From the sequence record OP870144.1: a stretch of DNA of 64,000 bases. One strand, written 5' to 3'. The stretch is from Escherichia phage vB_Eco_F25. A program made the translations under genes and the position numbers. The notes beneath the pieces were generated by a model. That model made no database searches, was not told where the DNA came from, and worked only from the letters and a program-made list of their open reading frames with translations. Positions 52,178-63,158 of this stretch are shown piece by piece; the stretch's first letter is position 1, and each line of letters begins with the position of its first letter.

Positions 52178-55100
52178 ATGGCCGAGATTAAAAGAAAGTT
52201 CAGAGCAGAAGACGGTCTGGACGCAGGTGGTGATAAAATAATCAACGTAGCTTTAGCTGATCGTACCGTAGGAACTGACGGTGTAAACGTTGATTACTTA
52301 ATTCAAGAAAACACAGTTCAACAATATGATCCAACTCGTGGATATTTAAAAGATTTTGTAATCATTTATGATAACCGCTTTTGGGCTGCAATAAATGATA
52401 TTCCAAAACCAGCAGGAGCTTTTAATAGCGTACGATGGAGAGCGTTACGCACTGATGCAAACTGGACAACTGTTTCGTCAGGACCTTATCAATTAAAATC
52501 AGGCGAATCGATTTCAGTTAACACCGCAGCGGGTAATGACATTACATTTACTTTGCCATCTTCTCCAATTGATGGTGATACTATCGTTCTCCAAGATATT
52601 GGAGGAAAACCTGGAGTTAACCAGGTTTTAATTACAGCTCCGGTACAAAGCATTGTAAACTTTAGAGGTCAACAAGTACGCTCAGTACTAATGACTCATC
52701 CAAAATCACAGATAGTTTTAATTTTTAGTAATCGTCTGTGGCAAATGTATGTTGCTGATTATAGCAGAGAAGCGGCAGTTGTAACGCCAGCGAGTCTTTA
52801 TCAAGCGCAATCAAACGATTTTATCGTGCGTAGATTTACTTCTGCTTCAGCAATTAATATTAAACTTCCTAGATTTGCTAATCATGGGGATATTATTAAT
52901 TTTGTTGATTTAGATAAATTAAATCCGTTATATCATACTATCGTTACTACATACGATGAAACGACTTCAGTACAAGAAGTTGGAACTCATTCCATTGAAG
53001 GCCGTACATCTATTGATGGTTTCTTAATGTTTGATGATAATGAGAAATTGTGGAGATTATTTGACGGGGATAGTAAAGCACGTTTACGCATTATAACAAC
53101 TAATTCAAACATCCGTCCAAATGAAGAAGTCATGGTATTTGGCGCGAATAATGGAACAACTCAAACGATTGAACTTCAGCTTCCAACTGATATTTCTATC
53201 GGTGATACTGTTAAGATTTCCATGAATTACATGAGAAAAGGACAAACAGTTAAAATCAAAGCTGCCGGTGAAGATAAAATTGCTTCTTCAGTTCAATTGT
53301 TGCAATTTCCAAAACGTTCAGAATACCCACCTGAAACTAAATGGGTGACTGTTCAAGAATTAGTTTTTAATGGCGAAACCAATTATGTTCCAGTTTTACA
53401 GCTTGCTTATATCGAAGATTCCGATGGAAAATATTGGGTTGTACAGCAAAACGTTCCAACTGTAGAAAGAGTAGACTCTTTAAATAATTCTACTAGAGCA
53501 AGATTAGGTGTAATTGCATTAGCTACACAGGCTCAAGCTAATGCAGATTTAGAAAATTCTCCACAAAAAGAATTGGCAATTACTCCAGAAACGTTAGCTA
53601 ATCGTACTGCTACAGAAACTCGTAGAGGTATTGCAAGAATAGCAACAACTGCGCAAGTAAACCAGGATACCACATTCTCTTTTGCAGATGACCTTATCAT
53701 CACTCCTAAAAAGTTGAATGAAAGAACTGCTACAGAAACTCGCAGAGGTGTCGCAGAAATTGCTACGCAACAGGAAACTAATACAGGTACTGATGATACT
53801 ACAATCATTACTCCTAAAAAGCTTCAAGCTCGCCAAGGTTCTGAATCATTATCTGGTATTGTAACTTTTGTATCTACTGCAGGTGCTACTCCGGCTTCTA
53901 GCCGTGAATTAAATGGTACGAATGTTTATAATAAAAACACTAATAACTTAGTTGTTTCACCTAAAGCCTTGGATCAGTATAAAGCTACTCCAACACAGCA
54001 AGGTGCGGTAATTTTAGCAGTTGAAAGTGAAGTAATTGCTGGACAAAGTCAAGAAGGATGGGCAAATGCGGTTGTAACGCCAGAAACGTTACATAAAAAG
54101 ACATCAACTGATGGAAGAATTGGTTTAATTGAAATTGCTACTCAAAGTGAAGTTAATACAGGAACTGATTATACTCGTGCAGTCACTCCTAAAACTTTAA
54201 ATGACCGTAGAGCAACTGAAAGTTTAAGTGGTATAGCTGAAATTGCTACACAAGTTGAATTCGACGCAGGCGTCGACGATACTCGTATCTCTACACCATT
54301 AAAAATTAAAACTAGATTTAATAGTACTGATCGTACTTCTGTTGTTGCTCTATCTGGATTAGTTGAATCAGGAACTCTCTGGGACCATTATACCCTTAAT
54401 ATTCTTGAAGCAAATGAGACACAACGTGGTACACTTCGTGTGGCTACACAAGTTGAAGCTGCTGCTGGAAAATTAGATAATGTTTTAATAACTCCTAAAA
54501 AGCTTTTAGGTACTAAATCTACCGAATCACAAGAAGGTGTTATTAAAGTTGCAACTCAGTCTGAAACTGTGGCTGGAACGTCAGCGAACACTGCTGTATC
54601 TCCAAAAAATTTAAAATGGATTGTACAGAGTGAACCTACCTGGGCAGCTACTACTGCGATAAGAGGTTTTGTTAAAACTTCATCTGGTTCAATTACATTT
54701 GTCGGTAATGATACAGTCGGTTCTACCCAAGATTTAGAACTGTATGAGAAAAATAGCTATGCAGTATCACCATACGAATTAAACCGTGTATTAGCAAATT
54801 ATTTGCCATTAAAAGCAAAAGCTGCAGATAGTAATTTATTGGATGGTCTAGATTCATCTCAGTTCATTCGTAGGGATATTGCGCAGACGGTTAATGGTTC
54901 ACTAACCTTAACTCAACAAACGAATCTGAGTGCCCCTCTTGTATCATCTAGTACTGCTACGTTCGGTGGATCAGTTTCAGCAAATAGTACATTAACTATT
55001 TCTAATACTGGAACAGCAACTCGATTGATTTTTGAGAAAGGACCTCAAACTGGAACAAACCCAGCCCAAACGATGACTGTTAGAGTGTGGGGAAATCAAT

Positions 55101-56047
55101 TTAGTGGGGAATTAGATACAACGCGTTCTACCGTATTTGAAGTTAGTGATGAAACATCTAGTCATTTTTATTCTCAGCGCAATAAAGCCGGAAATATAAC
55201 ATTTAATATCAACGGTACAGTAACACCGATAAATGTTAATGCTTCAGGAACATTGAATGCAAATGGAGTAGCAACATTTGGTAATTCAGTCACTGCAACT
55301 GGTGAAATTATTTCTCGAAGCGCAAATGCTTTCCGTGCTATTAACGGAAATTATGGTTTCATTGTTCGCAATGATGGATCAGTAACGAATTTTATGCTTA
55401 CTGCATCGGGTGATCAGACTGGTGGATTTAATGGATTACGTCCTTTGGCTATTAATAATGCATCTGGTCAAGTAACGATTGGTGAAAGCTTAATCATCGC
55501 CAAAGGTGCTACTATAAATTCTGGTGGTTTAACTGTTAATTCGAGAATTCGTTCTCAAGGTACTAAAACTTCTGATTTATATACCCGTGCGCCAACATCT
55601 GATACTGTAGGATTCTGGTCAATTGATATTAATGATTCAGCTACTTATAACCAGTTCCCAGGTTATTTTAAAATGGTTGAAAAAACTAATGAAGTGACTG
55701 GTCTTCCATATTTAGAACGTGGCGAAGAAGTTAAATCTCCTGGTACATTGACTCAGTTTGGTAACACACTTGATTCGCTTTACCAAGATTGGATTACTTA
55801 TCCAACAACTCCAGAAGCGCGTACCACTCGTTGGACCCGCACATGGCAGAAAACCAAAAATTCTTGGTCAAGTTTTGTTCAGGTATTTGATGGAGGTAAC
55901 CCTCCTCAACCGTCTGATATCGGTGCTTTACCATCTGATAATGCTACAATGGGTAATCTTACTATTCGTGATTTCTTACGAATTGGTAATGTTCGCATTA
56001 TTCCTGACCCAGTGAATAAAACTGTTAAATTTGAATGGGTTGAATAA
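52178..56047 (+). CDS. 34: long tail fibre proximal subunit gp34
   Basis: 1289-aa ORF, T4 gp34 length; internal repeated motifs; late promoter upstream. Confidence 0.95.
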   Translation: MAEIKRKFRAEDGLDAGGDKIINVALADRTVGTDGVNVDYLIQENTVQQYDPTRGYLKDFVIIYDNRFWAAINDIPKPAGAFNSVRWRALRTDANWTTVSSGPYQLKSGESISVNTAAGNDITFTLPSSPIDGDTIVLQDIGGKPGVNQVLITAPVQSIVNFRGQQVRSVLMTHPKSQIVLIFSNRLWQMYVADYSREAAVVTPASLYQAQSNDFIVRRFTSASAINIKLPRFANHGDIINFVDLDKLNPLYHTIVTTYDETTSVQEVGTHSIEGRTSIDGFLMFDDNEKLWRLFDGDSKARLRIITTNSNIRPNEEVMVFGANNGTTQTIELQLPTDISIGDTVKISMNYMRKGQTVKIKAAGEDKIASSVQLLQFPKRSEYPPETKWVTVQELVFNGETNYVPVLQLAYIEDSDGKYWVVQQNVPTVERVDSLNNSTRARLGVIALATQAQANADLENSPQKELAITPETLANRTATETRRGIARIATTAQVNQDTTFSFADDLIITPKKLNERTATETRRGVAEIATQQETNTGTDDTTIITPKKLQARQGSESLSGIVTFVSTAGATPASSRELNGTNVYNKNTNNLVVSPKALDQYKATPTQQGAVILAVESEVIAGQSQEGWANAVVTPETLHKKTSTDGRIGLIEIATQSEVNTGTDYTRAVTPKTLNDRRATESLSGIAEIATQVEFDAGVDDTRISTPLKIKTRFNSTDRTSVVALSGLVESGTLWDHYTLNILEANETQRGTLRVATQVEAAAGKLDNVLITPKKLLGTKSTESQEGVIKVATQSETVAGTSANTAVSPKNLKWIVQSEPTWAATTAIRGFVKTSSGSITFVGNDTVGSTQDLELYEKNSYAVSPYELNRVLANYLPLKAKAADSNLLDGLDSSQFIRRDIAQTVNGSLTLTQQTNLSAPLVSSSTATFGGSVSANSTLTISNTGTATRLIFEKGPQTGTNPAQTMTVRVWGNQFSGELDTTRSTVFEVSDETSSHFYSQRNKAGNITFNINGTVTPINVNASGTLNANGVATFGNSVTATGEIISRSANAFRAINGNYGFIVRNDGSVTNFMLTASGDQTGGFNGLRPLAINNASGQVTIGESLIIAKGATINSGGLTVNSRIRSQGTKTSDLYTRAPTSDTVGFWSIDINDSATYNQFPGYFKMVEKTNEVTGLPYLERGEEVKSPGTLTQFGNTLDSLYQDWITYPTTPEARTTRWTRTWQKTKNSWSSFVQVFDGGNPPQPSDIGALPSDNATMGNLTIRDFLRIGNVRIIPDPVNKTVKFEWVE
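53606..53749 (+). repeat. in-frame direct repeats inside gene 34 encoding recurring fibre motif (RTATETRRG-[IV]A-[RE]IAT)
   Basis: 24-nt ACTGCTACAGAAACTCG[TC]AGAGGT occurs at 53606 and 53726 (120 nt apart); related peptide motifs recur through about 54620. Confidence 0.7.
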
Positions 56048-56055
56048 GAGGTATT

Positions 56056-57171
56056 ATGGAAAAATTTATGGCAGAGTTTGGACAAGGATATGTCCAAACG
56101 CCATTTTTATCGGAAAGTAATTCAGTAAGATATAAAATAAGTATAGCGGGTTCTTGCCCGCTTTCTACCGCAGGGCCTTATGTTAAATTTCAAGATAATC
56201 CTGTAGGAAGTCAAACATTTAGTGCAGGTCTTCATTTAAGAGTTTTTGACCCTTCCACGGGAGCATTGGTTGATAGTAAGTCATATGTTTTTTCTACTTC
56301 AAATGATACAACATCTGCTGCTTTTGTTAGTTTCATGAATTCTTTTTCAAGCAATAGACTTGTTGCCATATTAACTAGCGGAAAGGTTAATTTTCCTCCT
56401 GAAGTAGTATCTTGGTTAAGAACGGCAGGAACATCTGCTTTTCCATCTGATTCTTTATTGTCAAGATTTGACGTATCATATGCTGCCTTTTACACTTCTT
56501 CTAAAAGAGCTATCGCACTAGAGCATGTTAAACTGAGTAACAGAAAAAGCACAGATGACTATCAAACTATATTAGACGTAGTATTTGATAGTTTAGAAGA
56601 TGTTGGAGCGACAGGATTTCCTAAAAGAACATATGAAAGCGTTGAGCAATTTATGTCAGCTGTTGGTGGAACTAATAACGAAATTGCACGTCTACCTACA
56701 GCATCTGCAATAAGTAAACTTTCTGACTATAATTTAATTCCTGGAGATGTTCTTTATCTTAAAGCACAACTATATGCTGATGCTGATTTATTAGCGTTGG
56801 GAACTACTAATATTTCAATTCGTTTTTATAATGCGTCGAATGGATATATTTCCTCTACCCAAGCTGAGTTTACTGGGCAAGCTGGGTCTTGGGAGTTAAA
56901 GGAAGATTATGTAGTTGTTCCTGAAAATGCAGTAGGATTTACGATATACGCACAGAGAACTGCACAAGCGGGTCAAGGTGGTATGAGAAATTTAAGCTTT
57001 TCTGAAGTGTCAAGAAATGGTGGCATTTCAAAACCTGCTGAATTTGGCGTTAATGGCATTCGAGTTAATTATATCTGCGAATCTGCTTCACCTCCGGATA
57101 TAATGGTACTTCCTACACAAGCATCGTCTAAAACTGGTAAAGTGTTTGGGCAAGAATTTAGAGAAGTTTAA
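56056..57171 (+). CDS. 35: long tail fibre hinge (knee) protein gp35
   Basis: 371-aa ORF, T4 gp35-like sequence. Confidence 0.92.
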   Translation: MEKFMAEFGQGYVQTPFLSESNSVRYKISIAGSCPLSTAGPYVKFQDNPVGSQTFSAGLHLRVFDPSTGALVDSKSYVFSTSNDTTSAAFVSFMNSFSSNRLVAILTSGKVNFPPEVVSWLRTAGTSAFPSDSLLSRFDVSYAAFYTSSKRAIALEHVKLSNRKSTDDYQTILDVVFDSLEDVGATGFPKRTYESVEQFMSAVGGTNNEIARLPTASAISKLSDYNLIPGDVLYLKAQLYADADLLALGTTNISIRFYNASNGYISSTQAEFTGQAGSWELKEDYVVVPENAVGFTIYAQRTAQAGQGGMRNLSFSEVSRNGGISKPAEFGVNGIRVNYICESASPPDIMVLPTQASSKTGKVFGQEFREV

Positions 57172-57176
57172 ATTGA

Positions 57177-57200
57177 GGGAGCCTTCGGGCTCCCTTTTTC
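57177..57200 (+). terminator. hairpin terminator after gene 35
   Basis: GGGAGCC-TTCG-GGCTCCC followed by TTTTTC. Confidence 0.75.
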
Positions 57201-57202
57201 TT

Positions 57203-57210
57203 TATAAATA
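57203..57210 (+). promoter_or_regulatory. late promoter TATAAATA for gene 36
   Basis: Exact motif following gene 35 terminator hairpin, 24 nt upstream of gene 36 ATG. Confidence 0.7.
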
Positions 57211-57233
57211 CTATTAAAATAAAGGGGCATACA

Positions 57234-57890
57234 ATGGCTGATTTAAAAGTAGGTTCAACAACTGGAGGCTCTGTCATTTGGCATCAAGGAAATTTTCCAT
57301 TGAATCCAGCCGGTGACGATGTACTCTATAAATCATTTAAAATATATTCAGAATATAATAAACCACAAGCTGCTGATAACGATTTCGTTTCTAAAGCTAA
57401 TGGTGGTACATATTTAAATAAAGTAATTTTTAATAAAGGAATGACTGTTCCTGGTGCTGGGTCAGGTGACAACGGTATTTTTGCCGGTCCTGGTGATAAT
57501 GCTACATATGATACTACAAATATGGATATTGTTTCATGGTATGGTATCGGCTTTAAATCATCACAAGGGGCAGCAGGTAGAACTGTAGTAATTAACACAC
57601 GAAACGGAGATATTAGCTCAAAGGGTGTAATTGAAGCATCACAAATACGCGCAACTTCGTTATCACCAGTAAATAATTATGACCTTACGAGAAAAGATTA
57701 TGTTGATGGAGCAATAAATATTGTTACAACAAATGCAAACTCTAGAGTATTACGCTCTGGAGACACTATGATAGGAAATTTAACTGCGCCAAACCTTTTT
57801 TCACAGAATCCTGCATCTCAACCCTCGCATGTTCCGCGATTTGACCAAATCGTAATTAAGGATTCTGTTCAAGATTTCGGCTATTATTAA
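57234..57890 (+). CDS. 36: long tail fibre distal connector gp36
   Basis: 218-aa ORF following terminator hairpin and TATAAATA. Confidence 0.9.
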   Translation: MADLKVGSTTGGSVIWHQGNFPLNPAGDDVLYKSFKIYSEYNKPQAADNDFVSKANGGTYLNKVIFNKGMTVPGAGSGDNGIFAGPGDNATYDTTNMDIVSWYGIGFKSSQGAAGRTVVINTRNGDISSKGVIEASQIRATSLSPVNNYDLTRKDYVDGAINIVTTNANSRVLRSGDTMIGNLTAPNLFSQNPASQPSHVPRFDQIVIKDSVQDFGYY

Positions 57891-57898
57891 GAGGACTT

Positions 57899-60800
57899 AT
57901 GGCTACTTTAAAACAAATACAATTTAAAAGAAGCAAAACGGCAGGTCAACGTCCAGCTGCTTCAGTATTAGCCGAAGGTGAATTGGCTATAAACTTAAAA
58001 GACCGTGTACTTTTTACTAAAGATGACCAGGGAAATATTATTGATTTAGGTTTTGCTAAAGGCGGTAGTATTGACGGGAATGTTATTCATAAAGGCAATT
58101 ATAACCAAACTGGAGATTATACTTTAAACGGTACATTCACCCAGACTGGTAATTTTAATTTAACCGGTATTGCTCGAGTAACTCGTGATATTATTGCTGC
58201 TGGGCAGATTATGACTGAAGGCGGAGAACTTATTACAAAAAGTTCAGGTACATCACATGTTCGTTTTCATGATTCAGCTGACCGTGAACGTGGAATCATT
58301 TTTTCTCCTGCTAATGATGGATTAACTACACAAGTAATTAACATCAGAGTTCAAGATTACAAAGCTGGTTCAGAAAACACTTTCGCTTTTAATGGAAATG
58401 GTTTGTTTTCTTCACCAGAAGTTTTTGGGTGGAAATCTGTATCAACTCCGGTAATTTATACCAATAAAGTTATCACCAATAAAAAGGTTAAAGATGATTA
58501 TGACATCTATTCGATGGCAGACAATGTTCCATTATCTGAAAGCACTACTGCTATTAATCATCTTCGTGTTATGCGTAATGCAGTTGGTTCTGGTATTTTC
58601 CATGAAGTTAAAGATAATGATGGAATAACATGGTATAGTGGAGATGGATTAGATGCTTATCTGTGGTCATTTACCTGGAGCGGCGGAATTAAATCAAGCC
58701 ACTCAATTTCTATCGGTTTAACACCCGGACCTAAGGATTACTCAATATTAGGACCGTCTAGTATCGCTTTAGGAGATAATGATACTGGATTTAAATGGCA
58801 TCAAGACGGATATTATTTCAGTGTTAATAATGGCACAAAAACGTTTTTATTTAGCCCTAGCGAAACAACTAGCCTAAGAAAATTTGTAGCTGGGTATTCT
58901 ACTAATGGAACCGATTTAACTACTCCTCCGACTGAAAACTATGCTCTTGCTACTGTCGTGACATATCACGACAATAACGCGTTTGGAGATGGTCAGACTC
59001 TTTTAGGATATTATCAAGGCGGTAACTATCATCATTATTTCCGCGGCAAGGGCACTACAAACATTAATACTCACGGAGGGTTATTAGTTACTCCTGGTAA
59101 TATTGATGTTATTGGCGGTTCTGTTAATATCGATGGTAGAAATAATAATTCAACTTTAATGTTTAAAGGCTATACCATAGGTCAAAGTTCCGTTGATAAT
59201 ATGTATATAGCTGTTTGGGGAAATACTTTTACTAATCCAAGCGAAGGCACCCGTAAAAATGTCATGGAAATTTCTGATGATATTGGATGGATGCATTATA
59301 TTCAACGTAATAAAGATAATACGGTTGAAGCCGTATTAAATGGTCAACAAACAATTAATGAAAATATTATTGCGAAAAAGGATATTTGGGTTGACCGAGC
59401 AGTTCATACCATTGGCGAAATCACTACAAATGCTGTTAATGGTCTTCGTATTTGGAACAATGATTACGGAGTTATTTTTAGACGCTCAGAAGAAAGTCTT
59501 CATATTATTCCTACAGCATTTGGCGAAGGAGAAACCGGTGATATTGGGCCTTTACGTCCTCTCAGCGTAGCTTTAAATTCCGGTAAAGTTACTATTCCAG
59601 ATTTACAGTCAAGTTATAATACGTTCGCTGCAAATGGTTATATTAAATTTGCTGGTCATGGGGCTGGTGCCGGTGGTTATGATATTCAGTATTCACAAGC
59701 TGCTCCTATTTTCCAAGAAATCGATGATGCTGCTGTAAGCAAATATTATCCTATTGTTAAACAGAAGTTTTTAAACGGTAAAGCTGTCTGGTCTTTAGGT
59801 ACTGAAATTAATTCAGGTACATTTGTTTTACATCATCTAAAAGAAGATGGTTCACAAGGCCATACATCAAGATTTAATGCTGATGGTACAGTTAATTTCC
59901 CCGATAACGTTCAAGTCGGCGGCGGTGAAGCTACTATTGCTCGTAATGGTAATATTTTCTCAGATATTTGGAAATCGTTTACTTCTGCGGGAGAAACCAC
60001 AAATATTCGCGATGCAATAGCTACTCGTGTTTCTAAAGAAGGCGACACGATGACTGGTAAATTGACTTTATCAGCAGGCAATGATGCTCTCGTTTTAACT
60101 GCGGGCGAAGGTGCTTCGTCACATATCCGTAGTGATGTAGGTGGTACAAATAACTGGTATATAGGCAAAGGTGGCGGCGACAACGGTCTAGGTTTTTACA
60201 GTTACATTACACAGGGTGGTGTATACATAACAAATAACGGCGAAATATCGCTTTCTCCTCAAGGTCAAGGAACATTTAATTTTAATAGAGACCGCCTTCA
60301 TATAAACGGTACACAATGGGTTGCGCACCAAGCTGGTGATTGGGGAAACCAATGGCGACAAGAAGCGCCGATATTTGTAGATTTTGGCAATGTCGGTAAT
60401 GATAGTTATTACCCGATTATCAAAGGAAAATCTGGTATTACTAATGAAGGATACATATCGGGTGTTGATTTTGGTATGCGACGCACTACTAACCAATGGG
60501 CTCAGGCTATTATCCGTGTTGGTAACCAGGAAAATGGTTCTGACCCACAAGCTATCTATGAATTTCACCACAATGGAGTTCTGTATGCTCCTAATATGGT
60601 TCAAGCTGGAGCAAGATTATCAGCTGGCGGTGGTGATCCGGTATGGCAAGGCGCATGCGTTGTTATTGGTGATAATGATACTGGATTAGTTCATGGCGGT
60701 GATGGACGAATTAACATGGTTGCAAATGGAGTGCATATTGCTTCATGGTCTTCATCCCATCATGAACACACTGGGCTTTGGGCCACCGACGGCGCGTTTT

Positions 60801-61228
60801 GGACTGAAACCGGAAGAGCTATTATTTCATTTGGACATTTAATTCAACAAAATGACAGCTATTCAACATATGTCCGCGATGTTTATGTCCGCTCTGATAT
60901 TCGTGTTAAAAAGGACCTAGTTAAATTTGAAAATGCTTCACAAACACTTTCAAAAATTAACGGTTACACTTATATGCAGAAGCGAGGCCTAGATGAAGAA
61001 GGCAATCAGAAATGGGAACCTAACGCCGGTTTGATAGCTCAAGAAGTTCAAGCTATTTTGCCTGAATTAGTTGAAGGTGACCCTGATGGCGAAGCTTTAC
61101 TTCGTTTAAACTATAACGGTGTAATTGGTTTAAATACAGCTGCAATCAATGAGCATACTGCAGAAATTGCGGAACTTAAATCAGAAATTGAAGAACTTAA
61201 AGCATTAGTTAAATCATTGTTAAAATAA
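57899..61228 (+). CDS. 37: long tail fibre distal subunit gp37 (T2/T6-type with C-terminal intramolecular chaperone-like domain)
   Basis: 1109-aa ORF; conserved N-terminus [13 protein letters not shown]; C-terminal SDIRVKKDL...[15 protein letters not shown] segment resembles S74-type auto-cleaving chaperone domain. Confidence 0.92.
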   Translation: MATLKQIQFKRSKTAGQRPAASVLAEGELAINLKDRVLFTKDDQGNIIDLGFAKGGSIDGNVIHKGNYNQTGDYTLNGTFTQTGNFNLTGIARVTRDIIAAGQIMTEGGELITKSSGTSHVRFHDSADRERGIIFSPANDGLTTQVINIRVQDYKAGSENTFAFNGNGLFSSPEVFGWKSVSTPVIYTNKVITNKKVKDDYDIYSMADNVPLSESTTAINHLRVMRNAVGSGIFHEVKDNDGITWYSGDGLDAYLWSFTWSGGIKSSHSISIGLTPGPKDYSILGPSSIALGDNDTGFKWHQDGYYFSVNNGTKTFLFSPSETTSLRKFVAGYSTNGTDLTTPPTENYALATVVTYHDNNAFGDGQTLLGYYQGGNYHHYFRGKGTTNINTHGGLLVTPGNIDVIGGSVNIDGRNNNSTLMFKGYTIGQSSVDNMYIAVWGNTFTNPSEGTRKNVMEISDDIGWMHYIQRNKDNTVEAVLNGQQTINENIIAKKDIWVDRAVHTIGEITTNAVNGLRIWNNDYGVIFRRSEESLHIIPTAFGEGETGDIGPLRPLSVALNSGKVTIPDLQSSYNTFAANGYIKFAGHGAGAGGYDIQYSQAAPIFQEIDDAAVSKYYPIVKQKFLNGKAVWSLGTEINSGTFVLHHLKEDGSQGHTSRFNADGTVNFPDNVQVGGGEATIARNGNIFSDIWKSFTSAGETTNIRDAIATRVSKEGDTMTGKLTLSAGNDALVLTAGEGASSHIRSDVGGTNNWYIGKGGGDNGLGFYSYITQGGVYITNNGEISLSPQGQGTFNFNRDRLHINGTQWVAHQAGDWGNQWRQEAPIFVDFGNVGNDSYYPIIKGKSGITNEGYISGVDFGMRRTTNQWAQAIIRVGNQENGSDPQAIYEFHHNGVLYAPNMVQAGARLSAGGGDPVWQGACVVIGDNDTGLVHGGDGRINMVANGVHIASWSSSHHEHTGLWATDGAFWTETGRAIISFGHLIQQNDSYSTYVRDVYVRSDIRVKKDLVKFENASQTLSKINGYTYMQKRGLDEEGNQKWEPNAGLIAQEVQAILPELVEGDPDGEALLRLNYNGVIGLNTAAINEHTAEIAELKSEIEELKALVKSLLK

Positions 61229-61233
61229 TAAGA

Positions 61234-61247
61234 GGGGCTTCGGCCCC
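61234..61247 (+). other. GC hairpin between genes 37 and 38
   Basis: GGGGC-TTCG-GCCCC followed by TT and gene 38 SD. Confidence 0.5.
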
Positions 61248-61259
61248 TTGGAGGTTTAT

Positions 61260-62033
61260 ATGGCAGTAGCAGGACCGTGGGTAGGATCGTCTGCAGTAGT
61301 TAATACAGGACAAAATTGGATGGGTGGTGCCGCGCAGAGATTGAGAATGGGAATTCCGTTTTGGATGAGTAATATGATAGGTCGATCTGTTGAAGTAATT
61401 CACACACTTGGAGCGGACCATAACTTCAATGGTCAATGGTTCCGAGATAGATGTTTTGAGGCAGGTAGTACACCTATAGTGTTTAATATCACTGGAGATT
61501 TAGTATCATATTCTAGAGACGTTCCTTTATTCTTCATGTACGGAGATACACCGAATGAATATGTTCAACTGAATATACATGGTGTAACGATGTATGGACG
61601 TGGCGGTAATGGCGGTAGCAATAGTCCTGGCTCAGCTGGAGGTCATTGTATTCAAAACGATATTGGTGGGAGACTAAGAATCAATAATGGCGGAGCTATT
61701 GCAGGCGGTGGCGGCGGCGGTGGCGGCGGTAACTACGGTAGACTATCATTTGGTGGTGGTGGTGGTCGCCCATTCGGTGCTGGCGGGTCTTCCTCTCATA
61801 TGAGTTCTGGTGCAACTGCTGGCTCCATTTCCGCTCCGGGTGCAGGATCTGCTGGTGAGGGGTCTCTTTGGGTATATACAGGCGGGAATGGCGGTGAAGT
61901 TGGCTCAGCAGGAGGTAGATGTAATATTCATGGGAACGGTACAGAATATAACGGTGGTGCTGCTGGTTATGCCGTCATAGGGTCTACACCGACATGGCAA
62001 AACGTTGGAGCAATATATGGTCCAAGAGTATAA
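61260..62033 (+). CDS. 38: receptor-recognising adhesin gp38 (T2/T6-type, glycine-rich motifs)
   Basis: 257 aa from ATG 61260 with GGAGG SD (track ORF starts at TTG 61248); several poly-Gly stretches separating variable segments. Confidence 0.88.
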   Translation: MAVAGPWVGSSAVVNTGQNWMGGAAQRLRMGIPFWMSNMIGRSVEVIHTLGADHNFNGQWFRDRCFEAGSTPIVFNITGDLVSYSRDVPLFFMYGDTPNEYVQLNIHGVTMYGRGGNGGSNSPGSAGGHCIQNDIGGRLRINNGGAIAGGGGGGGGGNYGRLSFGGGGGRPFGAGGSSSHMSSGATAGSISAPGAGSAGEGSLWVYTGGNGGEVGSAGGRCNIHGNGTEYNGGAAGYAVIGSTPTWQNVGAIYGPRV

Positions 62034-62063
62034 TTTGAATAAATATCCTTAAAAGGAGGGTCT

Positions 62064-62720
62064 ATGGCAGCACCTAGAATATCATTTTCGCCCTCTGATA
62101 TTCTGTTGGGTGTTCTAGATCGCTTGTTCAAAGATAACGCTACCGGGAAGGTTCTTGCTTCCCGAGTAGCTGTCGTAATTCTTTTGTTTATAATGGCGAT
62201 TGTTTGGTATAGGGGAGATAGTTTCTTTGAGTACTATAAGCAATCAAAGTATGAAACATACAGTGAAATTATTGAAAAGGAAAGAAATGCACGCTTTGAA
62301 TCTGTCGCCCTGGAACAACTCCAGATAGTTCATATATCATCTGAGGCAGACTTTAGTGCGGTGTATTCTTTCCGCCCTAAAAACTTAAACTATTTTGTTG
62401 ATATTATAGCATATGAAGGAAAATTACCTTCAACAATAAGCGAAAAATCACTTGGAGGATATCCTGTTGATAAAACTATGGATGAATATACAGTTCATTT
62501 AAATGGACGTCATTATTATTCCAACTCAAAATTTGCTTTTTTACCAACTAAAAAGCCTACTCCCGAAATAAACTACATGTACAGTTGTCCATATTTTAAT
62601 TTGGATAATATCTATGCTGGAACGATAACCATGTACTGGTATAGAAATGATCATATAAGTAATGACCGCCTTGAATCAATATGTTCTCAGGCGGCCAGAA
62701 TATTAGGAAGGGCTAAATAA
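62064..62720 (+). CDS. t: holin T
   Basis: 218-aa ORF, single N-terminal TMD (VAVVILLFIMAIVWY) and large periplasmic domain; T4 T length. Confidence 0.92.
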   Translation: MAAPRISFSPSDILLGVLDRLFKDNATGKVLASRVAVVILLFIMAIVWYRGDSFFEYYKQSKYETYSEIIEKERNARFESVALEQLQIVHISSEADFSAVYSFRPKNLNYFVDIIAYEGKLPSTISEKSLGGYPVDKTMDEYTVHLNGRHYYSNSKFAFLPTKKPTPEINYMYSCPYFNLDNIYAGTITMYWYRNDHISNDRLESICSQAARILGRAK

Positions 62721-62993
62721 TTATTTGTTTGTATACATCTCTAGATATCGATATACACCCTCAAAACCCTCGTTGAATTCGTCGATGAGGGTTTTCTTAT
62801 CTTCTTGAGTTAATTCAGAAACAATTTTACGGAATGAATTCTGATTTAACTTTCTACCTTCATGCGTTACTCCAATCTCATTCAGAAATGCAATAAAATT
62901 AGCACGATTCTCAACAATATCTTCTCTGGAAAATTTAATCAAAATAGATGCAACAGTAATAATTTCACGAACTGTATCAATGTTTTTATTCAT
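62721..62993 (-). CDS. asiA: anti-sigma-70 factor AsiA
   Basis: 90-aa ORF, T4 AsiA sequence (MNKNIDTVREIITVASILIKF...). Confidence 0.92.
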   Translation of the reverse strand: MNKNIDTVREIITVASILIKFSREDIVENRANFIAFLNEIGVTHEGRKLNQNSFRKIVSELTQEDKKTLIDEFNEGFEGVYRYLEMYTNK

Positions 62994-63005
62994 TAACTAC
63001 ACCAC

Positions 63006-63158
63006 TCAATTAGTTGACTTTATTATAATATCATCAGACGCTTGATTTGTAAACTGGTCTGTGTTATTTTCTTCAAAAATTTTTTCTACGAATTCCTTGA
63101 ACGACTCACGTTCCTGAGCTACATTATGCTCGATTACCTTTTCAAGATTATGACTCAT
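63006..63158 (-). CDS. hypothetical small acidic protein
   Basis: 50-aa ORF found manually; ATG overlaps stop of upstream ORF (ATGA coupling). Confidence 0.4.
   Translation of the reverse strand: MSHNLEKVIEHNVAQERESFKEFVEKIFEENNTDQFTNQASDDIIIKSTN

Noticed and set aside
53533-53836. Minus-strand ORFs inside gene 34
   Set aside because: Created by the repeated fibre motif on the opposite strand; no translation signals.
59911-60604. Antisense ORFs of 90 and 138 aa inside gene 37
   Set aside because: They lie opposite a highly conserved structural gene, lack ribosome-binding sites, and have Ser/Pro-rich low-complexity translations typical of antisense frames.
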